Source: Gemmatimonadota bacterium (lineage in GTDB: Bacteria > Latescibacterota > UBA2968 > UBA8231). From it: a stretch of DNA of 43,127 nt. The notes beneath the pieces were generated by a model, which was not told the DNA's origin, did no database searches, and was given only the letters and a program-made list of their open reading frames with translations. Below, piece after piece: positions 27,151 to 36,467 of the stretch; within the stretch, counting starts at the first letter, position 1, and the number at the start of each line of letters is the position of its first letter. The DNA is taken from contig JAYOYH010000040.1 in NCBI GenBank assembly GCA_038153405.1, positions 1 to 43,127 on the forward strand. The letters are read 5' to 3'. The position numbers and the translations under genes were made by a program.

Positions 27151-28164
27151 CTACTGCTTCTTCACGAAAGTGATCCACAGCGGGCTCTCTCCTACTTCGT
27201 GCTGCTCCAACGGCTCCAATGCACCGCTTTCTGTATCGACCGCATAAGACTGCAGGCGTCCCGAACCCTGTCCGACCGAGTAGAGGAAGCGGCCGCTTGG
27301 ATCAATGGCAAAAAAGCGCGGCGTTTCCTCGGTGGGATAGTAGTCCTTAGCGTGCAAGGTGCCGTCTTGGCCAATGGCAAAGAGCGCCAGCGAATCGTGC
27401 CCGCGGTTGGATCCGTAGAGAAATTTGCCGTCGGGCGTGATCGCGATTTCCGCAGTAGTATTGCCCTCTACCGGCCGGCCGCCGGGCAGCGTCGAAATAA
27501 CCTGGAACGATTCGAGCGTCCCGCGTTCCGCATCAAAGCGGTGGGCCGATACCGTACTGCCGTTTTCGTTAATGGAGTAGAGCAGATCCCCGCGCGGATG
27601 GAAGGCAAAGTGGCGCGGTCCCTCGGGCGTATCCGGCTCAATCTTGGGCGGATCATTGGGCGACAATTTGCCAGTAGCCGCATCAAAGCGGAATTGGTAA
27701 ATCGCATTGGCCGGATTGGTGTGCGGCACAAAGGCAAAGCGGTTGGCTCGATCGGTCTGAATGCTGTGCGCATGGCCGTCCGTCTCCAACGTCTGCAGCG
27801 GCTCGGGCGACAGCGTTTGATCCTCGTTGATGCCGTGCACGCAAACGCGGCCGCCGCCGTAGTAGGACGAAAGTAAAAAGCGACCCGTCTTGTCGACGTA
27901 GAGGTAGGGCGGCCCCTCTTCCTGGGCGCTGGTACCGACCTGGGTCAGCTGGCCAGAGCCCGCATCAATGCGATAGCTGGCCAGGTAATTGGCCGCGCGC
28001 AGCGCGACAAACATATGCGATTGGTCAGGGCTCAAGGCCACGGCACCGGGCGCGGCCGGCAGCTCAATATCGGGCTGTTTATCCAAGCGGCCGCTGCTCT
28101 CATCCATGATGAAATAGGTGAAGAACGCGCTCGCAGCGTTAGAAATATATACGTGATATGCCAT
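27151..28164 (-). CDS. pgl: 6-phosphogluconolactonase-like beta-propeller (lactonase family)
   Basis: HAHSI, GPRHFAFHP, TPDGKFLYGSNRGHDS, TPRFF; GAGGAG RBS before ATG 28164. Confidence 0.85.
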   Translation of the reverse strand: MAYHVYISNAASAFFTYFIMDESSGRLDKQPDIELPAAPGAVALSPDQSHMFVALRAANYLASYRIDAGSGQLTQVGTSAQEEGPPYLYVDKTGRFLLSSYYGGGRVCVHGINEDQTLSPEPLQTLETDGHAHSIQTDRANRFAFVPHTNPANAIYQFRFDAATGKLSPNDPPKIEPDTPEGPRHFAFHPRGDLLYSINENGSTVSAHRFDAERGTLESFQVISTLPGGRPVEGNTTAEIAITPDGKFLYGSNRGHDSLALFAIGQDGTLHAKDYYPTEETPRFFAIDPSGRFLYSVGQGSGRLQSYAVDTESGALEPLEQHEVGESPLWITFVKKQ

Positions 28165-28291
28165 ACCTAGCTCCTCTGCTCTATGCGTGGGATTGTCAGT
28201 CCGGTGAATATGTGCTTTTTTGCTCAGAGTCGAAAGGTACATACGCAGTATCGACCCGATCTCCGCACAGAACCGCCCGAGGTAAGTACAC

Positions 28292-29710
28292 ATGACCAAT
28301 CTGCTCTTTATCACGACCGATCAGCAGCGCTGGGATAGCCTACCCTGCTACGGCCTCGACTTTATGCAAACCCCACATATCGATCGCTTGGCTACCGAGG
28401 GGCACGTATTCGACCACGCCTATGTCGCCGCACCCGTATGCGTGCCCTGTCGCGCCTCCATGCTCAGCGGCCGCTGGCCGACGGCGCACGGCGTGTTGGA
28501 CAACTTGGCCTGGCTCGACGATGCCACGCCGACCTGGCCCGCCCTACTGGGTGCGGCCGGCTACCGAACGGCCGCCATCGGCAAAATGCACTTCTACCCT
28601 TGGGATGCCTCGGGCGGCTTTCACGAGCGCATCAGCGCCGAAGACAAACGCCACGTCTACCTGCCTGACGACCACGTAAAGTTTCTGCGCCAGCACGGCA
28701 TAGAGCGTGCCCACCCAACGGAGAATCCAGGCTATTTCGATCACCTTGGCGCGCCCGTCACGCCGCTGGACAAGCGCTTTCACGTCGACGGCTTTATCGG
28801 CGACCGCGCCGCCGAATGGCTCAGCGCCCACGGCGGCCACCCTTTTGCGGCTTGGGTGAGCTTTGCCGGTCCACATGACCCCTACGACCCACCAGCGGAT
28901 ATGGCGGACATGTACTATGACGCCCCTATTCCCGAACCCATCGGCTCACGCGATGAATTGGCCAACAAACCTACGGCGCAGCGCAGCGCCGGCGACTCGC
29001 GCAACAACTCGATGTTTCGCATCGATATGCGCGCGCCAACGCCCGCGCAGGTGCGGCGCTGGCGCGCGCATTACTACGCCAATATCAGCCTGATTGACGA
29101 GGGCATCGGCAAGATGCTGGCCGCCCTCGAAGCATGCGGTACGCTGGACGATACGCTGATTGTCTTTACCAGCGATCACGGCGATGCCCTGGGCGATCAC
29201 GGCCTGGTTTTCAAGAGTTTTTTCTACGACTGCATGGCACGAGTGCCGCTCATTGTGCGAGGACCGGGCGTGCACAGGAGTGCGCGCAGCAGCGGCTTGG
29301 TCAGCAGCATAGACCTAGTGCCGCTCTTTTATGACGCGTGCGGCGTCGCTCCGCCGCAGGGCCTGCAGGGACACAACCTGCGCGCGCTCCTCGACGAACC
29401 CAACAACTCCATTCGCGAGCGCGTATTCAGCGAATTACAGGGGCGTACCATGGTCCGCGATGCATCGCACAAGTACGTATACTATCACACGGGCGAGGCC
29501 GAACTCTACGATATGATCGACGGCGACGAGACGGATAACTTGGCCGGGCGCAGCGAATGGGTCGAAGTCGAACACCGCATGCGCGCCTACCTATTGGAAC
29601 ACAACTTTGACAACCAGCGCGCACTGGCGGCTCAGCGCGCCGTGCCGCACCACCCCTACCGCACGGCCTTAGAACAGGCCTACGCACAGCAGAGAAGCGC
29701 AGCCGAATAA
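28292..29710 (+). CDS. Sulfatase (Cys-type)
   Basis: LFITTDQQR, CVPCRASMLSG, GKMH, PHDPY, TSDHGD. Confidence 0.94.
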   Translation: MTNLLFITTDQQRWDSLPCYGLDFMQTPHIDRLATEGHVFDHAYVAAPVCVPCRASMLSGRWPTAHGVLDNLAWLDDATPTWPALLGAAGYRTAAIGKMHFYPWDASGGFHERISAEDKRHVYLPDDHVKFLRQHGIERAHPTENPGYFDHLGAPVTPLDKRFHVDGFIGDRAAEWLSAHGGHPFAAWVSFAGPHDPYDPPADMADMYYDAPIPEPIGSRDELANKPTAQRSAGDSRNNSMFRIDMRAPTPAQVRRWRAHYYANISLIDEGIGKMLAALEACGTLDDTLIVFTSDHGDALGDHGLVFKSFFYDCMARVPLIVRGPGVHRSARSSGLVSSIDLVPLFYDACGVAPPQGLQGHNLRALLDEPNNSIRERVFSELQGRTMVRDASHKYVYYHTGEAELYDMIDGDETDNLAGRSEWVEVEHRMRAYLLEHNFDNQRALAAQRAVPHHPYRTALEQAYAQQRSAAE

Positions 29711-29761
29711 CGAGACCCATCGCCCTCAACGCGCGGGTTAACCAAGGAAAGAGATCCAGCG

Positions 29762-31003
29762 ATGACCGACGACATACAGGCGCTGCTTCAGCGCATCCAA
29801 CGACCCCAACTGACCATCCGCACCGTCCGCGTAACGCCCATCACCTATCGACCAGCAGACGGATCACCCATTCACGAATGCGGGCCGGTGATCCTCAACA
29901 AGCGCGACGAAGCCATCGTCGAAATCTGGACCGAAGAGGGGCTAAAGGGCATCGGGGCGGGCGCCGTCGGCGATGCTCAACACAGCTATGAGCACCTGAT
30001 CGGGCAAAATCCTTTTGACCTGTTGGGCACGGACGTCATTCCGGGCATTGACGTGGCCTGCTGGGATCTGGTTGGCCGCGCGCTCGGCCAACCGGTCTAT
30101 CGCCTTTTAGCGCTCGACGTAGAGCCCGATCCGCGCGTGCACGTCTACGCTAGCGGCGGCGTTATGTGGACCTATTACGACCGCGGCGACGGCGGCACCT
30201 GGGGCGCGGAGGCGCTTATTGAAGAAGCCCTGCGCTACCGAGACCTGGGGTTTGACACCTTTAAGTGGCGACCGGGCACCGATTGGGAAGAAGCCGGCAT
30301 AGACCCGCAAAAACTGGGCGAGATTTGTCGAGATCTGCGCGCAGCGGTAGGCGCACAATTCAAGCTCGGCCTAGAAAAAAAGGGCTACGACTCGTGGACC
30401 TTTGAAGAGTGCTTAGCGATCGCACCCATCATCAATGAGTTGGATTTCTACTTTTTCGAACAGCCCATGGGCGATGAAGGACCGGCCCAATTTGCTGACT
30501 ACCAGACGCTCAAAAAGCACATGCCGCGCGTTATGCTGTGGGGCGGCGAGCGCTTTCGCAACTACGAAGAAGCCGAGCCGTGGATGGGCGAGGGGGTCTA
30601 CGACGCCGTGCAATCCGACTGCCTGCACTTGGGCCTGACGCAAAACTGGCGCATCGCACAGCGGGCGCGTGCTGCCGGCGTAAAAATGGTGCCGCATAAC
30701 TGGAGCACCAGCCTAGGCACCATGTGCAACGCGCACTTGGTCGCCGGCACCGGTGGGCATATGTGTGAATTTTTTATGTATCCATCCGACTTTCGCTACG
30801 GCCTTTTCAAAGAACCCTACCGGCCGCACGAAGCACATATTGTGCTAGGAGACCAGCCCGGCTTTGGCATGGAACTCGTCGATGACTTTGCCGAGAAATT
30901 CCCCTATGTGCCTGGACCCAATACGATGGCCAACCCGCGCTTTCCCCATGCGTGGAAACGGGCCCAAGAGCGCGAGCGGGCCGTGGTGGCCCGCTACGCC
31001 TAG
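29762..31003 (+). CDS. Mandelate racemase/muconate lactonizing enzyme family protein
   Basis: IDVACWDLVGRALGQPVYRLL, YAS, FEQP, GGE, PHNW, PGFG. Confidence 0.88.
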   Translation: MTDDIQALLQRIQRPQLTIRTVRVTPITYRPADGSPIHECGPVILNKRDEAIVEIWTEEGLKGIGAGAVGDAQHSYEHLIGQNPFDLLGTDVIPGIDVACWDLVGRALGQPVYRLLALDVEPDPRVHVYASGGVMWTYYDRGDGGTWGAEALIEEALRYRDLGFDTFKWRPGTDWEEAGIDPQKLGEICRDLRAAVGAQFKLGLEKKGYDSWTFEECLAIAPIINELDFYFFEQPMGDEGPAQFADYQTLKKHMPRVMLWGGERFRNYEEAEPWMGEGVYDAVQSDCLHLGLTQNWRIAQRARAAGVKMVPHNWSTSLGTMCNAHLVAGTGGHMCEFFMYPSDFRYGLFKEPYRPHEAHIVLGDQPGFGMELVDDFAEKFPYVPGPNTMANPRFPHAWKRAQERERAVVARYA

Positions 31004-32133
31004 TGCAAACGCTGCACGTACCGCAGGGATCGTTTGCCCTAGCGCGCTACCCGCAGCAGCGACGCGACGCGCTGCGGGCATGGGACGCGGCCGACGAGTA
31101 TCTACTCCACTATCTGAGCGAGCAAAATAGACCCGCTCCAGACCAACGCATATTGATTCTCAACGATGCATGGGGCACCCTGTGCACGGCCTTGGCAGAC
31201 CGCGCCCCGCAGGCACTCTCCGACTCGCTGCTGGCGCACAGAGCCACGCGAGACAATCTCGCGCGCAATCGATTAAATATCGACTGCATCCCCCTGCTCA
31301 ATCCGATGGATACACCAGCGCATTCGATCGACCTGCTCCTCTTCAAAGTGCCCAAAACGCTAGCGCTCTTAGAGGACGAGTTGCACCGCCTGCGCTCCCT
31401 TTTACACGGCGAGACGACTGTCATCGGCGCGGGTATGGTGCGCGATATCCACACTTCTACGCTGGACCTGTGCCAGCGGCTGATCGGACCAACCCACACT
31501 TCACTGGCCAAGAAAAAGGCGCGGCTCATCTTTTGCGCGTTGGACGCAGCGCTCGATCCCGGCCCTTCGCCCTATCCGACGCGCTATGCGCTCGAAGGCA
31601 CAGATTTTATCTTGGAAAACGCCGCCAATGCATTCTCACGCACGCACCTTGACAACGGCACGCGCCTCCTGCTCAAACACATTCCCCACGATGTACAAAA
31701 ATGGCGCATCGCCGACCTGGGCTGCGGCAATGGCGTGCTCGGCCTAGTCGCTGCCGCGCGCAATCCAAATGCCGAAGTGCTCTTTGTCGACGAGTCGTTT
31801 ACGGCCGTGGCCTCGGCCCGCACCAACTTTCAGCGCGCGTTTGGCCCGCGCGCCGCCCACTTTATCGCCGGCGATGGCCTCGAAGAGTGCACGCCGGGCA
31901 GCTTAGACCTCGTCTTGTGCAATCCGCCCTTCCACCGGCAAAAGGCCATAGACGAGAGCGTGCCGTGGCGCATGTTCCACCAGGCGCGAACGGCACTGCG
32001 CCGCGGCGGCCAGCTGCTGGTAGTCGGCAATGGCGGCCTGGGGCATCACGCGCGCATTAAACGGCTCTTTGGCACCTGTAGCAGCGTGGAGAGCAACGGT
32101 CTGTTCTCCGTGCTGTCGGCGCACAAGCGCTAG
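31003..32133 (+). CDS. rlmG: RlmG-like 23S rRNA m2G methyltransferase
   Basis: LRAWDAADEYLL, TSLAKKKARL, DLGCGNG, CNPPFH; GTG overlaps upstream stop. Confidence 0.85.
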   Translation: MQTLHVPQGSFALARYPQQRRDALRAWDAADEYLLHYLSEQNRPAPDQRILILNDAWGTLCTALADRAPQALSDSLLAHRATRDNLARNRLNIDCIPLLNPMDTPAHSIDLLLFKVPKTLALLEDELHRLRSLLHGETTVIGAGMVRDIHTSTLDLCQRLIGPTHTSLAKKKARLIFCALDAALDPGPSPYPTRYALEGTDFILENAANAFSRTHLDNGTRLLLKHIPHDVQKWRIADLGCGNGVLGLVAAARNPNAEVLFVDESFTAVASARTNFQRAFGPRAAHFIAGDGLEECTPGSLDLVLCNPPFHRQKAIDESVPWRMFHQARTALRRGGQLLVVGNGGLGHHARIKRLFGTCSSVESNGLFSVLSAHKR

Positions 32134-32142
32134 CCCACTCTC

Positions 32143-33516
32143 CTAAAACACCCGAATCACCTGCCCGCGTTCAGCCTCTATGCGCGTCTGCACTTGCGCC
32201 GGCGTTTGCGGATTGTCTGGCCATTCCTGCGGAGGGACGTGCGATAGGCGCAGCAGCAACCTAGCCAGTTGGCCCGCGTATTCTTTTAGTTCGCGCACGT
32301 TGATCTTATCGCGCGTATCGGCCCCTTCGTGATGGTAGTTGGAATCGGCGTGCCGGCCGCGAAAACGCCAGCGCCACAGGTGCGCTGCATCAATGCCGAG
32401 CCGCAGAAATGGGTAGTGGTCCGACGTCGAGTCGAGCTGGGACATGACGTGGCACTGCAGACCATCGCCCAGCGCATCGAGCTGCTGCTGCACCAGCACT
32501 TGCAGGTGATCGAAGGCCAATACCACGCCTTTCATATGACCGGTCGATAGTTCGTCCAAATTGATCGCTAGGCGCGTCTGCGCACCCTCTCCACAGTGGC
32601 GGCGCGCGTATTCCGCTGCGCCGGCCAAGCGCTGCTCTTCGGCACTCAAGGTGGCAAAGCGCAGCGTGCGACCCGGCGCTACGCCCTGTGCTTGGCCCAG
32701 TGCCGCCAGCACGCGCGCCGTCTCCAGCACCGCCAGGGTGCCGGAGGCATTGTCGTTGCCGCCCGCCGTGCCCAACACCGTATCGTGATGCCCCACTAGC
32801 ACAATCTGCTCTTCCGGCCAGTGCACACCGGGCAGGTGGGCGACGACATTTTGCGTCCGCGCGTCGTAGAAGCGACTGTCGACGCGTAAGTGCAGCTGTC
32901 GACCGCCGTGCCGGCGCAGCAGCGCACCGTGCTCGCGCGAAGTCGTCACGCAGGGCAAGGGCGCTTCGGCCGACTCCGGGGCGCGCCAGTCGCCGGCATT
33001 GTGGTATTCGACGCGGCGACCGTCTTTCGGATCGACGCAGACAACGGCAGCCACACCGCTCGCAGCCAGCCATTGCAGACGTATGTAGAGCGGCACCGGC
33101 GCCGTAAAAGGTTCATAGGCGATATGCATCACGGCAATGGCGCCCGCTAGCGCAGCGCCTGCGGCCTCTATATGGCGCGCGGTGCCAAAGTGCACATCGA
33201 CGATTGGAGCGGTGAGATGACAGGAAGGACAGCGGTTAAAAGGGAGTAAATCAATTGCAATATCACCTGCTCCTAGCACCGCTTCGGCACGCGCGTATTC
33301 CCACGTCGGCAGTTCAAATTCCTCGAGCGCAGCGCCTTCTAGGCCGTCTTCGGCAAACTGTGCGCACAGATATTCGGCGGCGCGACGCTCGCCGGCACTG
33401 GTGGCCCAGCGCGGACCGATTTCTTCGCAGAGGACACCCGCGCGCTCGGCGATGCGCGATCCCGTCCACGCCTGACCAAATAAAAAGCGATCGATGGCAG
33501 TCCAATCGAGTTGCAT
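32143..33516 (-). CDS. M28 family metallopeptidase with PA-like insert
   Basis: IGPR, GHHD, GNDNASG, AEEQ, SDHYPF, YHH..D; AAGGAG RBS before ATG 33516. Confidence 0.87.
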   Translation of the reverse strand: MQLDWTAIDRFLFGQAWTGSRIAERAGVLCEEIGPRWATSAGERRAAEYLCAQFAEDGLEGAALEEFELPTWEYARAEAVLGAGDIAIDLLPFNRCPSCHLTAPIVDVHFGTARHIEAAGAALAGAIAVMHIAYEPFTAPVPLYIRLQWLAASGVAAVVCVDPKDGRRVEYHNAGDWRAPESAEAPLPCVTTSREHGALLRRHGGRQLHLRVDSRFYDARTQNVVAHLPGVHWPEEQIVLVGHHDTVLGTAGGNDNASGTLAVLETARVLAALGQAQGVAPGRTLRFATLSAEEQRLAGAAEYARRHCGEGAQTRLAINLDELSTGHMKGVVLAFDHLQVLVQQQLDALGDGLQCHVMSQLDSTSDHYPFLRLGIDAAHLWRWRFRGRHADSNYHHEGADTRDKINVRELKEYAGQLARLLLRLSHVPPQEWPDNPQTPAQVQTRIEAERGQVIRVF

Positions 33517-33578
33517 ACTCCTTCTCCCGTTATGAGCATTCGCTAAAATCCATAGGCCCAGCGCGGGAAACAACGGAT

Positions 33579-33607
33579 TTGACGCGGCCTCGGCAACTGC
33601 GTAGCGT
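33579..33607 (+). promoter_or_regulatory. Sigma70-like promoter upstream of SDR gene
   Basis: TTGACG-17-TAGCGT. Confidence 0.5.
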
Positions 33608-33670
33608 ATCGAACTAGAACACTCGGGGCGAGCAATCGTCTCCTCGCTTGCATGTAGAAAGGCATCCGCA

Positions 33671-34444
33671 GTGCAAGAGCATTTATCCCATATACTCGAT
33701 CAGAGCGGCCGCGTAGCGCTGGTAACGGGCGCCCGCCGCGGCATTGGACGCAGCATAGCCGAAGTCTTGCTGCAGGCCGGCGCCAGCGTCGCGCTGGTTT
33801 CGCGCAATGCCGACGGCCTGGAAGAAACGGCGCGCACTCTGGCGGCCCAATACGGCACCGAGCGCGTGCTGTCTCTGCCCTTTGACGTCGGCGACCAAGC
33901 CCAGGTAGATCGGGCCGTCGAGCGCCTGATCGACGCCTGGGGACGCATCGACGTGCTCGTCAACAATGCCGGCCTGATCGGCTTTGGCCCGCTCGAATCG
34001 ATCGCGCCAGACGACTGGAACAGCGTGATAAACGCCAACTTGACAGGTGCCTACCTGTGCAGCCGCGCCGTTGCTCCGCACATGCGCGCTGGCGGCAGTG
34101 GGCACATCGTCAATATCGCCTCGGTCAGCGCACAGACCGGTGGCGTGTCGGGCGGCGTGCACTACTCGGCTTCGAAGGGCGGCATGCTGGCCCTGACCAA
34201 AACGCTGGCGCGCGATCTGGCCGGCGACGGCATTACCGTCAACGCCATCTCGCCGGGGCAAATCGACGCCGATCCCAACTTACTGACACCCGAAGCGCGC
34301 CAGCGCGTGCTCGAGCTCATTCCGCTCGGACGCATCGGCCTGCCCGAGGACATCGCCTACGCCACGCTCTTTCTGTGCTCAAAAATGGCCGGCTATATAA
34401 CGGGCGCTACGCTCGACGTCAACGGCGGCATTCTCAAGCGATGA
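33671..34444 (+). CDS. Short-chain dehydrogenase/reductase (FabG-like)
   Basis: TGARRGIG, NNAG, NIAS, YSASK, LDVNGG. Confidence 0.93.
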   Translation: MQEHLSHILDQSGRVALVTGARRGIGRSIAEVLLQAGASVALVSRNADGLEETARTLAAQYGTERVLSLPFDVGDQAQVDRAVERLIDAWGRIDVLVNNAGLIGFGPLESIAPDDWNSVINANLTGAYLCSRAVAPHMRAGGSGHIVNIASVSAQTGGVSGGVHYSASKGGMLALTKTLARDLAGDGITVNAISPGQIDADPNLLTPEARQRVLELIPLGRIGLPEDIAYATLFLCSKMAGYITGATLDVNGGILKR

Positions 34445-34611
34445 GCAGCCACGCGCAAGCGCAGTGGAACGGTGCGGTCTATACCGAGGACATCAATCTG
34501 GTGGACTCCATGCTGGCGGCAGATCCCGCGCTCGGCCAGATGGCGTTGGACGTAGCTAAGCTGCGGAGAAGGCCGGCCGGTACACTGCAAGCGCGCAGCG
34601 CAAACAACTAG
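34441..34611 (+). pseudogene. 56-aa ORF, possible internally deleted ankyrin-repeat gene remnant
   Basis: ATG overlaps SDR stop (ATGA); AVYTEDINLVDSMLAADPAL joined directly to GQMALDVAK. Confidence 0.4.
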
Positions 34612-34630
34612 CTATGGGAGATGACTCGCC

Positions 34631-35395
34631 ATGAAAGACGGAGCAACCGATACCAGCGCGCGCATGGCCGCCGACTTGTGCGCACTCGGCATTGAACAGG
34701 GCGACGTGCTGCTCGTCCACTCGTCGTTTAAATCGCTAGGCACCGTGCCCGGCGGCATAGAAACGGCTATTCGCGGTCTGCTAGAAAGCGTTGGTAGCGA
34801 GGGCACGCTGCTGCTTCCGGCGCTCAGCTATATGCAGGAACCACACCACCTACACGACGCGCGCAACACGCCCAGCTGTGTCGGCGCTATAGCCGAGTTT
34901 TTTCGCCTGCGCCAGGGCACGCTGCGCAGCCTGCATCCAACCCATTCGCTGTGCGGCGTCGGCCGGCACGTCGAAGCGCTCTTTGCCGATCACAATAGAG
35001 ATCACACGCCCTGCGGCCCCCATTCGCCCTTGCGCACTATGATCGACCTAGGCGCTAAAATCGTAATGCTCGGCTGCGGCCTGCGCCCCAATACGACCAT
35101 GCACGCCATTGAGGAGTTTGTTGAGCCGCCCTATGTATTTGGTGGGGAGTGCACCTACCACATCACCGACCTGGGGGGACACACCTTCGAAAAGACCTAT
35201 ATCCGCCACGGATTTGACGGCTGGCGCCAGCGCTACGACCGCGTCGCCGACCTGTCCCAAGCCGTCGACTTCATGCGCACAGGGCGCGTGCTGCAGGCCG
35301 AGACACACGTACTCTACACGCCCCTGCTCAAAAATGCCGCTATCGCCGCAATGCAAGAGGCGCCGTTCTATTTTGTCGAGCGCGAATCGGCATAG
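34631..35395 (+). CDS. AAC(3)/YokD family N-acetyltransferase
   Basis: LLVHSS, GTLLLP, GAIAEFFR, RSLHPTHS, NTTMHAIEE. Confidence 0.9.
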   Translation: MKDGATDTSARMAADLCALGIEQGDVLLVHSSFKSLGTVPGGIETAIRGLLESVGSEGTLLLPALSYMQEPHHLHDARNTPSCVGAIAEFFRLRQGTLRSLHPTHSLCGVGRHVEALFADHNRDHTPCGPHSPLRTMIDLGAKIVMLGCGLRPNTTMHAIEEFVEPPYVFGGECTYHITDLGGHTFEKTYIRHGFDGWRQRYDRVADLSQAVDFMRTGRVLQAETHVLYTPLLKNAAIAAMQEAPFYFVERESA

Positions 35396-35459
35396 CCCAA
35401 TGGGACTCGACGGCATGGATCTGATCCGCTCCCCATTTCCCACGGCCGCAGCATGCTCC

Positions 35460-36467
35460 ATGCGCAGTGCTCCGTTTCGAACCATCCTCGGCAGCGCGCA
35501 GCGCATTCTGGCAATGGCCCTGTTTCTGATCGGCACAGGGCTGTTTTGGCCGACCCATGCCCAAATGCCCGATCGGCCGCCGATGGTCGCCGCCGAGACC
35601 GAATTGGTCGAGCTGTCCAGCGGGCACGGTTTTGTCGAAGGGCCCGCTGTCGATGCCAGCGGCGCGCTCTTTTTCACCGATCTGGGCAATGGCACGATCC
35701 ATGCGTTGCGCAACGGTACGCTCAGCACCGTTCGCAGCAGCCGCGCCGATGCGGCCAACGGCCTGTTCTTTGACGCGCAGGGGCACCTATATGCCTGCGA
35801 GGGCGGCAGTGGACGCGTCACCCGCACCGAACCCGACGGTCGCATTTCCGTACTAGCAGACCAATTCGCAGGCACCCGCTTTAACGCGCCCAACGACTTG
35901 GTCGTGGCAAGCGATGGCAGCGTCTACTTTACCGATCCCTTTTGGGGCCCTCGCTCTTCCCAGCCGCAGCCCGTCACCGGCGTCTACCGCATCGCAGCGG
36001 ATGGCCGAGTTGACCTCGTCATCGCCCACCTAGAGCGTCCCAACGGCATCGTCCTCAGTCCGGACGGGACCACGCTCTATGTGACCAACGACGACCCAGC
36101 CGGCCGCGGAGAAATCCACGCGTTCGACGTAGGCATCGATGGCGCGCTGACCAATGGACGCCTCTTCGCCACCGCCGCAGCCGTTATGGATGGCATGGCC
36201 GTAGATGCAGCCGGCACGCTCTACGCCACCAGCTTTATATCGGGGCGCAATAGCAGTGGGCGCGGCGTCTGGATCTTTGCCCCCGACGGCCAGTTGTTGG
36301 GCCTGATTCCCACGCCCGAACAGCCGACCAACTGCACGCTGGCCAACGGCACGCTCTATATAACGGCCAGCACGCGCGTATTCTCCATTGCACTGGACCT
36401 GCCTCCGACCAACACGTCCGTGCAGCAAACGCCGTGGCAACGGATTAAAGCGATAGGCCATCGGTAA
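35460..36467 (+). CDS. Secreted SMP-30/gluconolactonase family protein with C-terminal WQRIK tail
   Basis: Signal peptide ending THAQ; EGP, NGL, FNAPND, YFTDP, PNGI, DGM, PTNC; start uncertain (35400-35514). Confidence 0.88.
   Translation: MRSAPFRTILGSAQRILAMALFLIGTGLFWPTHAQMPDRPPMVAAETELVELSSGHGFVEGPAVDASGALFFTDLGNGTIHALRNGTLSTVRSSRADAANGLFFDAQGHLYACEGGSGRVTRTEPDGRISVLADQFAGTRFNAPNDLVVASDGSVYFTDPFWGPRSSQPQPVTGVYRIAADGRVDLVIAHLERPNGIVLSPDGTTLYVTNDDPAGRGEIHAFDVGIDGALTNGRLFATAAAVMDGMAVDAAGTLYATSFISGRNSSGRGVWIFAPDGQLLGLIPTPEQPTNCTLANGTLYITASTRVFSIALDLPPTNTSVQQTPWQRIKAIGHR

Noticed and set aside
35109..35459. Upstream extension of the gluconolactonase ORF (fusion or frameshift with AAC(3))
   Set aside because: AAC(3) is complete with its own stop and the lactonase has its own signal peptide
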